Shown: positions 1 to 10,702, numbered from the stretch's first letter. The stretch is 44,980 nt of DNA from Promethearchaeia archaeon (GCA_029856125.1 JAHQWJ010000038.1:1-44980), one strand, 5' to 3'. Notes: a model not told the origin generated them from the letters alone. A program made the numbers and translations.

Positions 1-2
1 TG

Positions 3-941
3 CGCGGATGGGTTGGAACAAAATCAGGACTCGGAGTATTTACGAGAGTTGCCACAAAACTCTTTCCATATCCGTGCGATGTCGAATATGTTCTGAAGGG
101 TCATTCTCCAATCTATGATTTTAAGATTCCCAATTTTATTCGAGCATATGTGATGGATTGTAAAAATTTTAAACATTTAGAAAAATCTCTTTTAAGAATT
201 GAAGAAGAAGAAATCGCTTTCATTTGTAGTCATATGTCTAGTTACGCTATTATGGCAATTTTCTCTTATACTATCGAAAGTTTAATTGATAAAATGGCGT
301 TTGGAAGTATGAAAAGTCCCTTATTAGTTGTAATTGCTGCTCGTACAAAACGGGAATTTGATTATAAACAGAAAGTTATGAGTTATGTAATGGAAGAACT
401 TAACCTAATCAACATTATAGGGACTAGATACATACCAGAATCACTCTTTTACGCAGAATGTTTGCGGACAAACCTTGGATACCACGGATTTATTGCTACA
501 GGTGGGTTTCAATCAGCAAAAGGTCAATGTGATTCTGCTGCTTTGTGTTTACGAGCAGAAATGAGAAATATACCATTGAAGCAAAAATATATTGAAAAGG
601 GAGTAATAGCTAACGATTTTGGAGAAGGAGCGTGGATGACATCTTATGAATCTGGACATTTTTTCCATATGGAAGCCCCTACTTTCTTTGATCAAACGAA
701 TGTGGAGAGTGTAAAAGGAATGGGTGAATATATGGATGAAAGCAATCAAATGGATTTAATTAAAAACTTAGGAGTGCCATTCTTCATAGAAGGAGATAAA
801 TTGCATAATCATTGGGGACCCCATTTGATGAATTATCATAAATGGCTAAGAAAAATCAAAGAAACCTTCGATCCTAATGGAATTTCAGACTCTGGATTTT
901 ATATTTCAGGTAATGAAGGAGGCTTAGAAAAGCGTGAGTGA
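3..941 (+). CDS. FAD-linked oxidoreductase (VAO/PCMH family), C-terminal part; 5' truncated by the window edge
   Basis: Frame is open from position 3 (RGWVGTKSGLGVFTRVATKLFPYP, like the G-x-LG-I/V-x-T-x4-KL end of the PCMH FAD domain). Ends with the family-typical KIKETFDPNGI. Confidence 0.75.
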   Translation, partial: RGWVGTKSGLGVFTRVATKLFPYPCDVEYVLKGHSPIYDFKIPNFIRAYVMDCKNFKHLEKSLLRIEEEEIAFICSHMSSYAIMAIFSYTIESLIDKMAFGSMKSPLLVVIAARTKREFDYKQKVMSYVMEELNLINIIGTRYIPESLFYAECLRTNLGYHGFIATGGFQSAKGQCDSAALCLRAEMRNIPLKQKYIEKGVIANDFGEGAWMTSYESGHFFHMEAPTFFDQTNVESVKGMGEYMDESNQMDLIKNLGVPFFIEGDKLHNHWGPHLMNYHKWLRKIKETFDPNGISDSGFYISGNEGGLEKRE

Positions 942-1341
942 CTCTAATATAGTGTTAAAGGAACCAAGAGGTTTTGCGGGACTTATAGCCAACATTATGA
1001 ACCCTTTGAATAAGGATCCTAGATTTATACAAGTTTTTAAAAACACTAAACGTATAATTCTTATAAATGCTACAAACCTACATTACGCTGCTTTATTAAC
1101 CATTGATAACGGTTCTTTAAAAGTCGAAGGCATTCGAAACGAACCAGAATCAAACCTTAAAAAAGAAGTAACTGGGTGGAATGGATATGTTGCGATGGAT
1201 ACGCAAATATTTTTGGGTCTAGCAACAAAACATTTATCATTAATTAAACTTGGAGTCAAAATCCTCAGATCTAAAGTAAAAATGAGAGGGATTTTTAAAC
1301 TTCTCGCATTATTAAAACTATTAAAAATATTAACAGGGTAA
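934..1341 (+). CDS. SCP2 (sterol carrier protein 2)-like lipid-binding protein
   Basis: 135 aa. Pattern LTIDNGSLKV...VAMDTQIFLGLATKHLS...ILRSKVKMRG matches the SCP2 fold. Overlaps the upstream gene by 8 nt. Confidence 0.65.
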   Translation: MSDSNIVLKEPRGFAGLIANIMNPLNKDPRFIQVFKNTKRIILINATNLHYAALLTIDNGSLKVEGIRNEPESNLKKEVTGWNGYVAMDTQIFLGLATKHLSLIKLGVKILRSKVKMRGIFKLLALLKLLKILTG

Positions 1342-1346
1342 AAATT

Positions 1347-2393
1347 GTGACAGATAAGATTAAAGAGGTATGGTTGGGTCCTGGAAAAAAGGACGGAACC
1401 ATTCGTGATTTTAAACCGGAAAATGATGGATTGCATATAGACATGAACAAAAGAGGAAATTTTGAGTGGTGGTATTTTGACGCTCGTCTTGATAATGGAT
1501 ATATGGCAGTGGGTTTTTTCAGGGCAAAACATGAAAGAACAGGGAAAACTGGAGTAGAAATAACAATTTATAAACCAAATGGTGAAAAAATACAGAAAAT
1601 TTTTGATTATGAACGTTCTGACTTAGTAGCAACAAAAGAAAACGCAAACGTACATATAGGAAAGAATTACATTAAGGTTGATTACACTAATGAAAAACTG
1701 CCAGCATATGAGATCTTTTTGGATGAAGGTGATCTTGGGATTCATCTATTTTACACACCTAAATTAAGAGGTTGGATGCCTGGTGAAGGATTTACAGAGT
1801 TTGGAACCTTAGGACAGTTTGGTTGGGCTGTAGCAATTCCTCGTGCTGATGTAAATGGAACAATAAAAATTGACAACAATGAAATAGAGGTGAAAGGTAT
1901 TGGATATCATGATCATAATTGGATTACCTTCAATTTAGTTAGAGTTGTAGAATATTGGCATTGGGGACGAATATATTCAGATAATTTTACAATTATATAT
2001 GCTTATATCAAGTGTAATAAGAAGATGGACAACTATCCAATAAACATACTAATGATTGCAAAAGGTGAAGAAATCATTCATAGCACAGGGGAATTTGAAT
2101 TCATACAAAAAGGATTTACATACAATGAAAAAGCAGGGAATAAATATACAAATTCAATAACATTCAAACTCTCAGATCGTCAATCTATTTCTCTAAATGT
2201 TCAAAAAATTATCGATGCTGATAATTTATTATTTGAATTAAGCCCTATTCTTCGTTTTCTAGCGAAAAATGTCTTGAGAATTAAACCAGGGTATTTTAGG
2301 TTGAAATCTGAATATTTAATCGATTATTTCCACCAGGGTAAAATCTATAAAGAAAAAGGAGATACCTTACACGAGATGGTAATTGTAAAATAG
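1347..2393 (+). CDS. CrtC/AttH/tocopherol-cyclase-like lipocalin-fold protein
   Basis: Hallmark motifs FEWWYFDA, GIGYHDHNW and WHWGR. Confidence 0.75.
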   Translation: MTDKIKEVWLGPGKKDGTIRDFKPENDGLHIDMNKRGNFEWWYFDARLDNGYMAVGFFRAKHERTGKTGVEITIYKPNGEKIQKIFDYERSDLVATKENANVHIGKNYIKVDYTNEKLPAYEIFLDEGDLGIHLFYTPKLRGWMPGEGFTEFGTLGQFGWAVAIPRADVNGTIKIDNNEIEVKGIGYHDHNWITFNLVRVVEYWHWGRIYSDNFTIIYAYIKCNKKMDNYPINILMIAKGEEIIHSTGEFEFIQKGFTYNEKAGNKYTNSITFKLSDRQSISLNVQKIIDADNLLFELSPILRFLAKNVLRIKPGYFRLKSEYLIDYFHQGKIYKEKGDTLHEMVIVK

Positions 2394-2528
2394 ATTATTT
2401 TTCGTCTAAGGCTTTTTTTGCATATAATCTCTGTCTTAATTTTATTATTCTAGTATAAAGATCTATTTTTTATTTATATATAAATACTTGAATAAAGAAT
2501 TCATAGTAAAAAAAATCAAGATTTAGGA

Positions 2529-3146
2529 ATGATTCAATTGAATTACTATGATGAAGAATCCACCTATTGCGAGGAAATAACTAAAATAACTGAGAACAGG
2601 ATAACTGAGCTTTCTCGTCAGTTACAAACTTTTTTAAACAATAAAAAAGCAACGATTCGTGCAATTTGTAGTGATTTTGGAAACTCTCCTAATCTCTCTA
2701 GTACAAATTCAATTCATAAATGGGAAGAGGAACTGAAGTTGCGAATTCGGGATTATACGAGCTATTTGAAAAAAAAATTGCTACCAAATGAAGATTTTAA
2801 ACTTAAATTTTTATGTTTAGCAGAAACCGCGAAATCCTCCCCAAATAGTGTAGAAACTAAATTATTTAAAGAATTTTTGAGGAATAAAATAAGATTATGG
2901 CAAATTTTGCACATTCTTTCTGGATTAGAGATTCATCAGAGACCTCAATTATTAAAGTTAGTAATAAAAACATTAACTCAATTATGTTATGATGAAAAAG
3001 AATTAAACGAAATTATCCCCGATTTTTTTAGACAAATTCAATTGAATTATGAACAATTAGATCAACAATTTGAACAATTAAGTTTAGTAAAAAGCAAAGA
3101 ATTCAATAAAAATAATAAAAAAAGAAAAGTGATGGTAAGAGCCTGA
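2529..3146 (+). CDS. Hypothetical helical protein, upstream partner of the HNH protein
   Basis: 205-aa ORF with ATG start, 47 nt before the next co-oriented gene. No family recognised. Confidence 0.6.
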   Translation: MIQLNYYDEESTYCEEITKITENRITELSRQLQTFLNNKKATIRAICSDFGNSPNLSSTNSIHKWEEELKLRIRDYTSYLKKKLLPNEDFKLKFLCLAETAKSSPNSVETKLFKEFLRNKIRLWQILHILSGLEIHQRPQLLKLVIKTLTQLCYDEKELNEIIPDFFRQIQLNYEQLDQQFEQLSLVKSKEFNKNNKKRKVMVRA

Positions 3147-3193
3147 CAGAATCTGAAAATCGAGCAACTCGAAAGGGATTAAAAGGAGATAGA

Positions 3194-5461
3194 GTGGCAA
3201 TTTGTCCGAAATATGGCTGTCATACTGTTGAAAAGTTGAAACCAGCGAAATTAGGGATTTTTAGTATCCGTAAATATCCTAAATGTAAAATTCATAAAAT
3301 GTACTTAGTTTTTGTAGAAGAATTTATCGGAGATTTCCTTAAATCGGTAAATGCTTGTTTGTTTGATAAAACAGCTTTACCTCCAAAAAATTTACTAAAT
3401 ATGATTAAACTATCAAATCCTGAAATTTATTCATCTTTTTACAATAGATGGCTCTATTGTTCTCCTATGGGGAGAGGGGCTGATGAGGTTCATAGATATA
3501 TGGATTCCTTATCAAGAGCTTATATAAAATCACTCACCAAAAGACAACAAAAATCAATTCAAGGTGATATTTCATCAAAAAAGAGAGATAAGCTGGTTAT
3601 TCTTGGCTTTAAAAAAATTGAAATGGAATTTATTGAATTCTTAAAGAAGATATATGATATTTCCGAAAGTTCATATAATATAGAAGAAATAAAACGATTT
3701 CCTCAAAAAGCAAATTTGTTAATCCAACAATGGTTGGAGGACTTCTTAAATACTATTATTCCAAAAAAATGTGAAAATGAAAAATCGGCTGAAGAATGTA
3801 AAGAAAATTGTACACTTAGTATGAAAAAAAATGAATATGATCAAATACTTCAAGCAAGAACTTGTGTGCTATTAATAGGAAAATCTCCCAACGATATTTC
3901 TATAAAAATTTCGGCATTCGAGCTTTTTATGGCTTATCGTGATTTTCTCGATGCGGGATTATGCGAAAACTTAGACTATAGCGAAATTGTTATTCCTAAA
4001 GATGAAGCAGAATCAAAAATACAAAATTTAAATTCTAAATCTTCTAACATTCAAAAGTTAAAAGAAGAAATCCGAACTATTGACTGGGAAATGGTTTCCT
4101 CAAATTGGATAATAGAATACCAAGCTAGACATTCTGAACCATTAAGAAAAATATTACTAAATCCGAAGAATAATTGCTCTAAGGATATAAATCCTTTATT
4201 CAGGCATAAAGAATGGTTATGTTATCTTTATAATGAGAAAGACTTGAGTTATAGACAAATTGCAGAAATTTGTGGCGTGGATAAAGGGACTATTATTTAT
4301 TGGGCAAAAAAGCATAATATACCCAAACGAGAATATATAGGGAGAGAATGGGTGGACCCACGCGGTTATACTCGTGTTTACGCTCCCAAGGGGTACTTTC
4401 ACCCCGAACTAAAACCCCTTGATCGAGGAGAGGGAAGATTCATACGAAAAAAACATCAGATAATAATGGAAGATTTTCTTTCAAAAAATCCCCAGTTAGA
4501 AATCTCAAAAAAATATTTGATAGATGGAAGATATCTTAAAAGTGAGTGTCGGATTCATCATATAAATTTTAATAAACTAGATAATAGAATAGAAAACTTA
4601 TGGATTTTTGAGGGTCAGAAGGAACACTTCAAGTCTCTTGAAAGTTTGTATAAATGTTTTAGTGATCTAATAAAATTGTCTATATTAGTTTTTGAGGATG
4701 GTGTATATTCTTTAAGAAAGAATTTCAATATAGAAAAATATTCTAGAAATGAGATAAACGAGATTTTAAAACCGAGAGGAGAGAATTTATATAAGGAAAT
4801 CAATTCGGTAAAAACAGAAATAATAAAAATTGACTGGAAAAACTTGTTTACAAATTGGACAGTGAAATATAGACAGAACCAATTTAAACCATATGTAAAT
4901 ATCCAATTAGATCCATACTCTGATTGTTCAGAAAAAAATCCTTTATACCGACATAAAGGATGGTTAGATCGTATAGTGAACGATTTAAAGTTTAATTTAA
5001 GTGATTCCAGGCTAGGAGATTTATGTGGAATTACAAAAGATAAAGCAAGAGGATGGCGTGATAGATTAGGTGTCTCAAGAGGTAGGAATTGGGGTTTTAA
5101 AAGATATCTCAACGAAAAAGGGCGCGTATTTATAAAACCAGAACGATATTTGAATCCTGTAGCTTTAAGAAACAAAGGATGGATATTCGAGCATCGGTAT
5201 ATTATAGAAAAATATTTGAAATCCAATACTACTGCCATGCTTGCGATTAAGTGCTTGGATGATTATGAATATTTAAAGTCGGATATAATAATACATCATA
5301 TTAATTTTGATCCCTCTGATAATAGAATAAAAAATCTCCATATTGTATTTTCAGAGAGTGAGCACAAGACTTTAGAGTTTTCTCTTCTTAAATTCGTGGA
5401 AGAATTGCTAGAAACTAAACAAATTAGATTTCTAAATGGAAAGTACCAAAATAGTAATTGA
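3194..5461 (+). CDS. Multidomain protein: N-terminal Cys/His (Zn?) domain plus two tandem HTH + HNH endonuclease modules
   Basis: N-terminal CPKYGC...CKIH. Two copies of IDW...NPL(F/Y)RHKxWL...LSxxx(I/L)xxxCG (HTH)...HHINFxxxDNRIxNL...EH (HNH). GGAG just upstream of the GTG start. Confidence 0.8.
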   Translation: MAICPKYGCHTVEKLKPAKLGIFSIRKYPKCKIHKMYLVFVEEFIGDFLKSVNACLFDKTALPPKNLLNMIKLSNPEIYSSFYNRWLYCSPMGRGADEVHRYMDSLSRAYIKSLTKRQQKSIQGDISSKKRDKLVILGFKKIEMEFIEFLKKIYDISESSYNIEEIKRFPQKANLLIQQWLEDFLNTIIPKKCENEKSAEECKENCTLSMKKNEYDQILQARTCVLLIGKSPNDISIKISAFELFMAYRDFLDAGLCENLDYSEIVIPKDEAESKIQNLNSKSSNIQKLKEEIRTIDWEMVSSNWIIEYQARHSEPLRKILLNPKNNCSKDINPLFRHKEWLCYLYNEKDLSYRQIAEICGVDKGTIIYWAKKHNIPKREYIGREWVDPRGYTRVYAPKGYFHPELKPLDRGEGRFIRKKHQIIMEDFLSKNPQLEISKKYLIDGRYLKSECRIHHINFNKLDNRIENLWIFEGQKEHFKSLESLYKCFSDLIKLSILVFEDGVYSLRKNFNIEKYSRNEINEILKPRGENLYKEINSVKTEIIKIDWKNLFTNWTVKYRQNQFKPYVNIQLDPYSDCSEKNPLYRHKGWLDRIVNDLKFNLSDSRLGDLCGITKDKARGWRDRLGVSRGRNWGFKRYLNEKGRVFIKPERYLNPVALRNKGWIFEHRYIIEKYLKSNTTAMLAIKCLDDYEYLKSDIIIHHINFDPSDNRIKNLHIVFSESEHKTLEFSLLKFVEELLETKQIRFLNGKYQNSN

Positions 5462-5465
5462 TTTT

Positions 5466-6128
5466 TTATTTTTTATTCATTGCCTCTTTAGAATATAATC
5501 TTTGTTTCAAAGTGACTGTTCCAGTATCAATATCATGTTCTACCAAATCTACATTTGCTAACTCCTGTATTGCCCTTAAAACATAAGCACCTCCAATTCC
5601 TGTTGTGTTTTTCAATTCTTCCCGTGTCATTACCTTCCTTTCACCATGGAGCACTTTTAAAACCTGGTAGTGGGGTTGGCCCTGCCAAATCTTTTCCACA
5701 AGAACTCGAAAAATGGATAGTAGTGCTGTTATCCTTTCGAAATCTAAATCTTGAGACTCAGCCTCTTCAGCTAATTTAGCAAATTTTGCCAGTTCGATCT
5801 TAACTTTTTCATATTCTTTTAATAAACGCTTTTGCTCTTCCGTCATAGTTCCAATTTTCTGATCTCTTTCTTGTTTTTCTAATTCAAGTTTTTGCGTTTC
5901 TTGTTCCAAAATCTGTTTGTCTTTCTCCAATTTCGCTTTTTCTTGCTCTAGTTGAACTTTTTCCATTTCAAGCGTTTTTTTATCTTGACTTAGTTGCTCT
6001 CTATCTTTTTCTAGTGTGATAAGTTCTGTTTTAGCAGTTTCTAAAACTTCTATAAATTGTTTGAAATTATCCTCAACAGATCGTAAGGAGCTTTCAATTA
6101 TTTCTGTAGCACTTTTTTTTTCCGACAT
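5466..6128 (-). CDS. Coiled-coil protein with C-terminal winged-helix domain
   Basis: Regular heptads (LEKDREQ LSQDKKT LEMEKVQ LEQEKAK LEKDKQI LEQETQK LELEKQE), then a wHTH-like segment (MTREELKNTTGIGGAYVLRAIQELANVDLVEHD). Confidence 0.7.
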   Translation of the reverse strand: MSEKKSATEIIESSLRSVEDNFKQFIEVLETAKTELITLEKDREQLSQDKKTLEMEKVQLEQEKAKLEKDKQILEQETQKLELEKQERDQKIGTMTEEQKRLLKEYEKVKIELAKFAKLAEEAESQDLDFERITALLSIFRVLVEKIWQGQPHYQVLKVLHGERKVMTREELKNTTGIGGAYVLRAIQELANVDLVEHDIDTGTVTLKQRLYSKEAMNKK

Positions 6129-6284
6129 TAGATTTCACAATAATGATTTTAATTAATAATTATAAGTCAAATTAAAATATATAACTTAGATATAGTATAA
6201 AATACTATAATAAAAAAATAAACTCCTAATTATCCTCAAAAAAGTTCAATTTCAAGATAATTTAAACAAGAAATGTAATTAGTC

Positions 6285-8021
6285 ATGGAAAGTATAGTAG
6301 ACAAGAAAGATTTGCGGTTCTATAAAAGAATGATCATATTGATCATTCTGTTGGTGATTTCTCTTTCCTATTTAGCTTACGATAGATCCGTAAGTTATAC
6401 TCGATATGAAAGGATCGATTTTCAATCTTCAGGCGCGACTTTGTACGCTAATTTATACATTCCATCCAAGAGCTTGGAATTTCAAGAAGAAAGACCATTA
6501 TTAATTTATTGCCACGGAATTGGTAGTCAGAGAGATTTTGATTTGAGGATTCCGATCGAGTTTTCTAAAAGGGGTTTTTATGTAGCGGCTTTGGATTATC
6601 AAGGCCACGGAGAGAGCGGTGGAAATATCTTAAATATTGATCCAGTCACCAATAAACCTGCTCTTGCTCAAGATTGTACAAACCTTTTAAATAAACTTGA
6701 GACATTACCCTTTTATTCAAGTGTAAATGCTTCTCAGATTGGCTTGATTGGACATTCATTAGGAGGATTTGTGGTTCTTATGAATCAAGCGTTAGACCCT
6801 CGATTCAATGTTACAGTTGCTTGGGCTCCTTTAGTGAATTTCGATCCTAACCGTCTTCCTGTCATTCAACCAGGATACGAACAATATATCCCGGCTAATC
6901 TTCTAAATAAAACTAACACGAATAATCTGTTGGTCATAATGCATGTTGATGACGAGGCATTACGTTTCGAAGACCAAGCATTAGTAGCCCAGAATTTAAC
7001 TGGTTGTGAAGTAATTAATATAACAGGACCATTATTTGGAGGGAGACATCAGTTATTCTCAGACGTCGTTATTGTCGAATCAATCAAATGGTTTGAATTA
7101 AATTTTTTTAATTCAATTTCAATCAACGGACCTATAAACATAACCTTTATTGTAAATTACATTGTGCTATTTATCACTCTAATTTTATTAGTGTTCATCG
7201 TGCTTTCTCTGATTTCTTACACCTCCAAATTTATTCCATATAAAAAGGAAGGCCCTCCTATCGAACTCGTTAGAAAGGTAACGACATTATCAAAAATTAA
7301 AGACAAAGCAGTAACAACTAAACAAATCCTAAAAATCGTGTTCTATACAACTATTTTTCTTCTTAATTGGGAGATTTTTGAAAGAGTATTTGGTTTTTTT
7401 GGTATTTTTTTAGCTTCGCTTAATATTACTGTAATATATTTTACTGTGAAGATAATACTCTACTTGCGAAAATTAAGGGAAGATGAAATAAAATTTGATC
7501 TAAACCAGATTAAAACTTTAATCAAATCAGAGTTCCAGTTAAAATATTTATTATACGTGCTTCTATGTAATTTCTATTTTATAGCTATATATGTAATCTT
7601 CAGCTATTTTTATCCATTTGCATTTATGTGGCCTTCCAATTTTTTTAACACAGTTCTAGCAGCTGCTGTGTCCTTCCCAGTATATTTCTCTTTGGAACTA
7701 TTATACAGAAAAGCTATATATCCACAACTTACTTTTTTAAAAGAGGAACGCAAAAAAACAATGTGGATGGTAATTATAGTTTTGTTCGTAAATATCAATT
7801 TGATGATGTTGACATGGACTTGGGCATTCTTCCCCTCTGTTTTATTTATGTACTTAATATTTCTATATGCAACTATTCAGAATACATTAATTTATGAAAA
7901 TACTCAACGATTTAGCACAGTAATCATAAGCTCCTTTGCTTTAATTCAGCTTTTCTTCGCTGCCGTAGTCTCTAACGCCTTAGGTATCGGTTCTGCTTTA
8001 CACTTATTTGTTCAACTATAA
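6285..8021 (+). CDS. Membrane-anchored alpha/beta hydrolase with C-terminal multi-TM domain
   Basis: N-terminal TM/signal segment, HG oxyanion motif, DYQGHGES, GHSLG nucleophile elbow, later Asp and His candidates, several hydrophobic helices at the C-terminus. Confidence 0.85.
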   Translation: MESIVDKKDLRFYKRMIILIILLVISLSYLAYDRSVSYTRYERIDFQSSGATLYANLYIPSKSLEFQEERPLLIYCHGIGSQRDFDLRIPIEFSKRGFYVAALDYQGHGESGGNILNIDPVTNKPALAQDCTNLLNKLETLPFYSSVNASQIGLIGHSLGGFVVLMNQALDPRFNVTVAWAPLVNFDPNRLPVIQPGYEQYIPANLLNKTNTNNLLVIMHVDDEALRFEDQALVAQNLTGCEVINITGPLFGGRHQLFSDVVIVESIKWFELNFFNSISINGPINITFIVNYIVLFITLILLVFIVLSLISYTSKFIPYKKEGPPIELVRKVTTLSKIKDKAVTTKQILKIVFYTTIFLLNWEIFERVFGFFGIFLASLNITVIYFTVKIILYLRKLREDEIKFDLNQIKTLIKSEFQLKYLLYVLLCNFYFIAIYVIFSYFYPFAFMWPSNFFNTVLAAAVSFPVYFSLELLYRKAIYPQLTFLKEERKKTMWMVIIVLFVNINLMMLTWTWAFFPSVLFMYLIFLYATIQNTLIYENTQRFSTVIISSFALIQLFFAAVVSNALGIGSALHLFVQL

Positions 8022-8164
8022 AGAAGGAAAAATTAAATTTTTGTTTTTTTTTCATTTGGGTTTCATTACCAAATCCTTAATTAAGTATTAGTAATTACTA
8101 GAAAACAATTTTTATACAATTTTAAAATAAATAATCTATCAACTTTATTACAACGGATTTCAAA

Positions 8165-9412
8165 ATGTCTGGGAAAGAGCGATCAAATAGTTTAGCTAAA
8201 AAAAAAAAAAGACTTATATTCGGCGTTTCAATTCCTGTTTTCTTAATGGGATTGGTCTCCTTATTTACCGATATTTCTAGCGAAAGTATTCAAAGTATTT
8301 TACCACTATTCATATTCGAGATTGGGGGAAGTGTTCTAGCTTTAGGAATAATCTCCGGAATCACTAATGCTATAGCAAATATCCTCAAAGGGATAACTGG
8401 ATGGATGAGCGATAAAATTAATCGAAGAAAACCCTTTATAGTGGCAGGATATTCCTTGTCAAATCTTTCGAAACCATTAATTGGGTTGAGTCCCTCATGG
8501 GAAATGGTATTAGGTCTTAAAACAACAGATCGTATAGGTAAGGGTCTAAGAACCTCTTCGCGAGATACTTTGATTTCTTATTACGCTGAGAAAAAAGGAA
8601 GAGCGTTTGGGTTACATCGTGCTATGGATACTTTAGGTGCGGTTTTCGGATCTCTACTGGCTTTTATCCTCTTGTATTTTGCATGGACTTACTCGCAAAT
8701 AATATTCTTTTCGATAATTCCTGGATTAATTGCTATTGCTCTTATTCTCCCCGTTAAGGACATTTCTTCCCGTGAATTAGTCAAAAAGTCAGGAATGAAA
8801 AGCAAAAAAGAAAGAATGGAAAAAATTGATAAAAATTTTATAAAACTAATTGTTATTCTAGGAGTAATTGAATTCGCAAGTTTAGATGTCGTGTTTTTAA
8901 TACTTAGGGCGGCAGATTATGTTCCTGTAGACTTAATTTTTCTTATACCCATTTTTTATCTAATCTTAAACTTAGTCTATACCATTTTTTCCCCTATAAA
9001 TGGTTCTCTCTCTGATAAGATTGGAAGAAAACCTGTAATTGTTGTGGGATTGTCGATCCTACTAATATCGTGTATAATATTAGCGTTTCCCATTCAAGTT
9101 TCGCCATTTTCAATAGTTTTAATTATTATAATATATATCATGCACGGTTTTTATCTTGCTTCAGTAGATCCGATTTCGAGAGCATATATCGCAGATTTAG
9201 CAGGTAAAGAAAAAAGGGGCCGTGCTTATGGATATTATTATTTTTCAGTCGGATTTATAAGCATGGTGGAAGCTTTAGTTTTTGGATTTATATATAGTGT
9301 TTTTTCGTATACTTGGGCGTTTATCTATATATCCATTTTATTAGCTGTATGTATTGTTATTTTTACAATAACAGATTTTTCAAAAATAATAAAAAAAAAA
9401 GTTGAAACATAA
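8165..9412 (+). CDS. MFS transporter
   Basis: About 12 TM helices. MFS motif A twice (GWMSDKINRRKP, GSLSDKIGRKP), DRIGKGLRT, RGRAYG. Confidence 0.92.
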   Translation: MSGKERSNSLAKKKKRLIFGVSIPVFLMGLVSLFTDISSESIQSILPLFIFEIGGSVLALGIISGITNAIANILKGITGWMSDKINRRKPFIVAGYSLSNLSKPLIGLSPSWEMVLGLKTTDRIGKGLRTSSRDTLISYYAEKKGRAFGLHRAMDTLGAVFGSLLAFILLYFAWTYSQIIFFSIIPGLIAIALILPVKDISSRELVKKSGMKSKKERMEKIDKNFIKLIVILGVIEFASLDVVFLILRAADYVPVDLIFLIPIFYLILNLVYTIFSPINGSLSDKIGRKPVIVVGLSILLISCIILAFPIQVSPFSIVLIIIIYIMHGFYLASVDPISRAYIADLAGKEKRGRAYGYYYFSVGFISMVEALVFGFIYSVFSYTWAFIYISILLAVCIVIFTITDFSKIIKKKVET

Positions 9413-9436
9413 AATACTTCTTCTTTCAAATTGTAT

Positions 9437-10702
9437 TTAGGCGGATATCCACAGTTCCGCTAAGTAGATTAAAACTTCTGAAGCTTTCTGCAAAGCAAGC
9501 GTTGGAAGATGCTCTTTCCTTGAGTGAAAAAGTGATCCTCCAGAGAAGATATTAGGGGTGGGTTTCCCCATTTCGCTTAATTTCGAACCATCGGTCCCTC
9601 CCCTAATCGCATGGATCTTAATCTCCAATCCTGCCATCTCTATAGCCTTTTTTGCTAAATCCACAACTTCTTTTTTAGCTTCAATAAAATGCAGCATATT
9701 CCTGTATTGATGTAGAAATTCTATACTAACTTTTAGACCAGGATATTGAAATTCGTACAATTCTCCAAGTTTTTGTAGGTATTCCATTCTCTTCTGATTA
9801 TTTTTTTCTTCATAATCCCTAATTATTAGTATAGCATTTGCTTCTTCTACATTCCCACTTAATTCTGATAAATAATAAAAACCTTCTCTTTCTTCTGTGT
9901 GTTCTGGTGACTCATAATCGGGTATTTCACTGAGATATCGACTCGCTATGTGTATTGCATTAATTAGAAGATTTTTGGCATAACCGGGATGTACACTGAG
10001 TCCTGTAAATTTAATTTTCGCTTTCCACGCATCAAAACATTCAAATTCTAGTTCTCCCATTTCTGAGCCATCTAATGTGTAACAGAAATCAGGTAACCTT
10101 TCTTTGTTTATTTTTGAAGTTCCTTTTCCAACTTCTTCATCAGGCGTAAAACAAATCATAACAGGACCGTGTTTTAACTCTGGAAATCTTTTCCACGCCG
10201 CACAAGTGGCCATAATTTCTGCGATCCCAGCTTTATCATCTGCACCTAGCAAGGTATCTCCTTCAGATGTAATTATATCTAAACCAATATACTCCATTAG
10301 TTTTGGAGAATCTTTTGATGTGAGTTTAATATCCGGATTACTAGCAAATTCTATCACACCACCGTCATAATTTTTGTGAATGACAGGTTTTACATTTTTG
10401 CCGCTAACTGCTGGGGATGTATCGATATGAGCTAACAAACCAATCGTTTTAACATCTTCCAATCCGGTACTCGCAGGTAAATTACCGTAAACGTACCCAA
10501 ATTCATCGTGTACTACATTTTCTAAGTTCAATTCCATTAATTCTGATGCTAAAATTTTACCTAAATCAAATTGATTTTCCGTTGATGGGTTAGAGTTGGA
10601 ATGCTCATCTGATGTAGTCCATATTTGAACATACCTAAGAAACCTATTCAATGCCTCTTCGTGCAAGAATTTCTTTATTTCTTCTGATAACATAATAATC
10701 AC
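9437..10702 (-). CDS. pepT: Peptidase T (M20B tripeptide aminopeptidase)
   Basis: RFLRYV, AHIDTSP, LLGADDKAG, FTPDEEVG, HPGYAK, IRGGTDG, FHS. Confidence 0.95.
   Translation of the reverse strand: MIIMLSEEIKKFLHEEALNRFLRYVQIWTTSDEHSNSNPSTENQFDLGKILASELMELNLENVVHDEFGYVYGNLPASTGLEDVKTIGLLAHIDTSPAVSGKNVKPVIHKNYDGGVIEFASNPDIKLTSKDSPKLMEYIGLDIITSEGDTLLGADDKAGIAEIMATCAAWKRFPELKHGPVMICFTPDEEVGKGTSKINKERLPDFCYTLDGSEMGELEFECFDAWKAKIKFTGLSVHPGYAKNLLINAIHIASRYLSEIPDYESPEHTEEREGFYYLSELSGNVEEANAILIIRDYEEKNNQKRMEYLQKLGELYEFQYPGLKVSIEFLHQYRNMLHFIEAKKEVVDLAKKAIEMAGLEIKIHAIRGGTDGSKLSEMGKPTPNIFSGGSLFHSRKEHLPTLALQKASEVLIYLAELWISA

Noticed and set aside
2400-5465. Transposon or IS boundaries around the HNH module
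   Set aside because: No terminal inverted repeats, target-site duplication or transposase/integrase motif seen.
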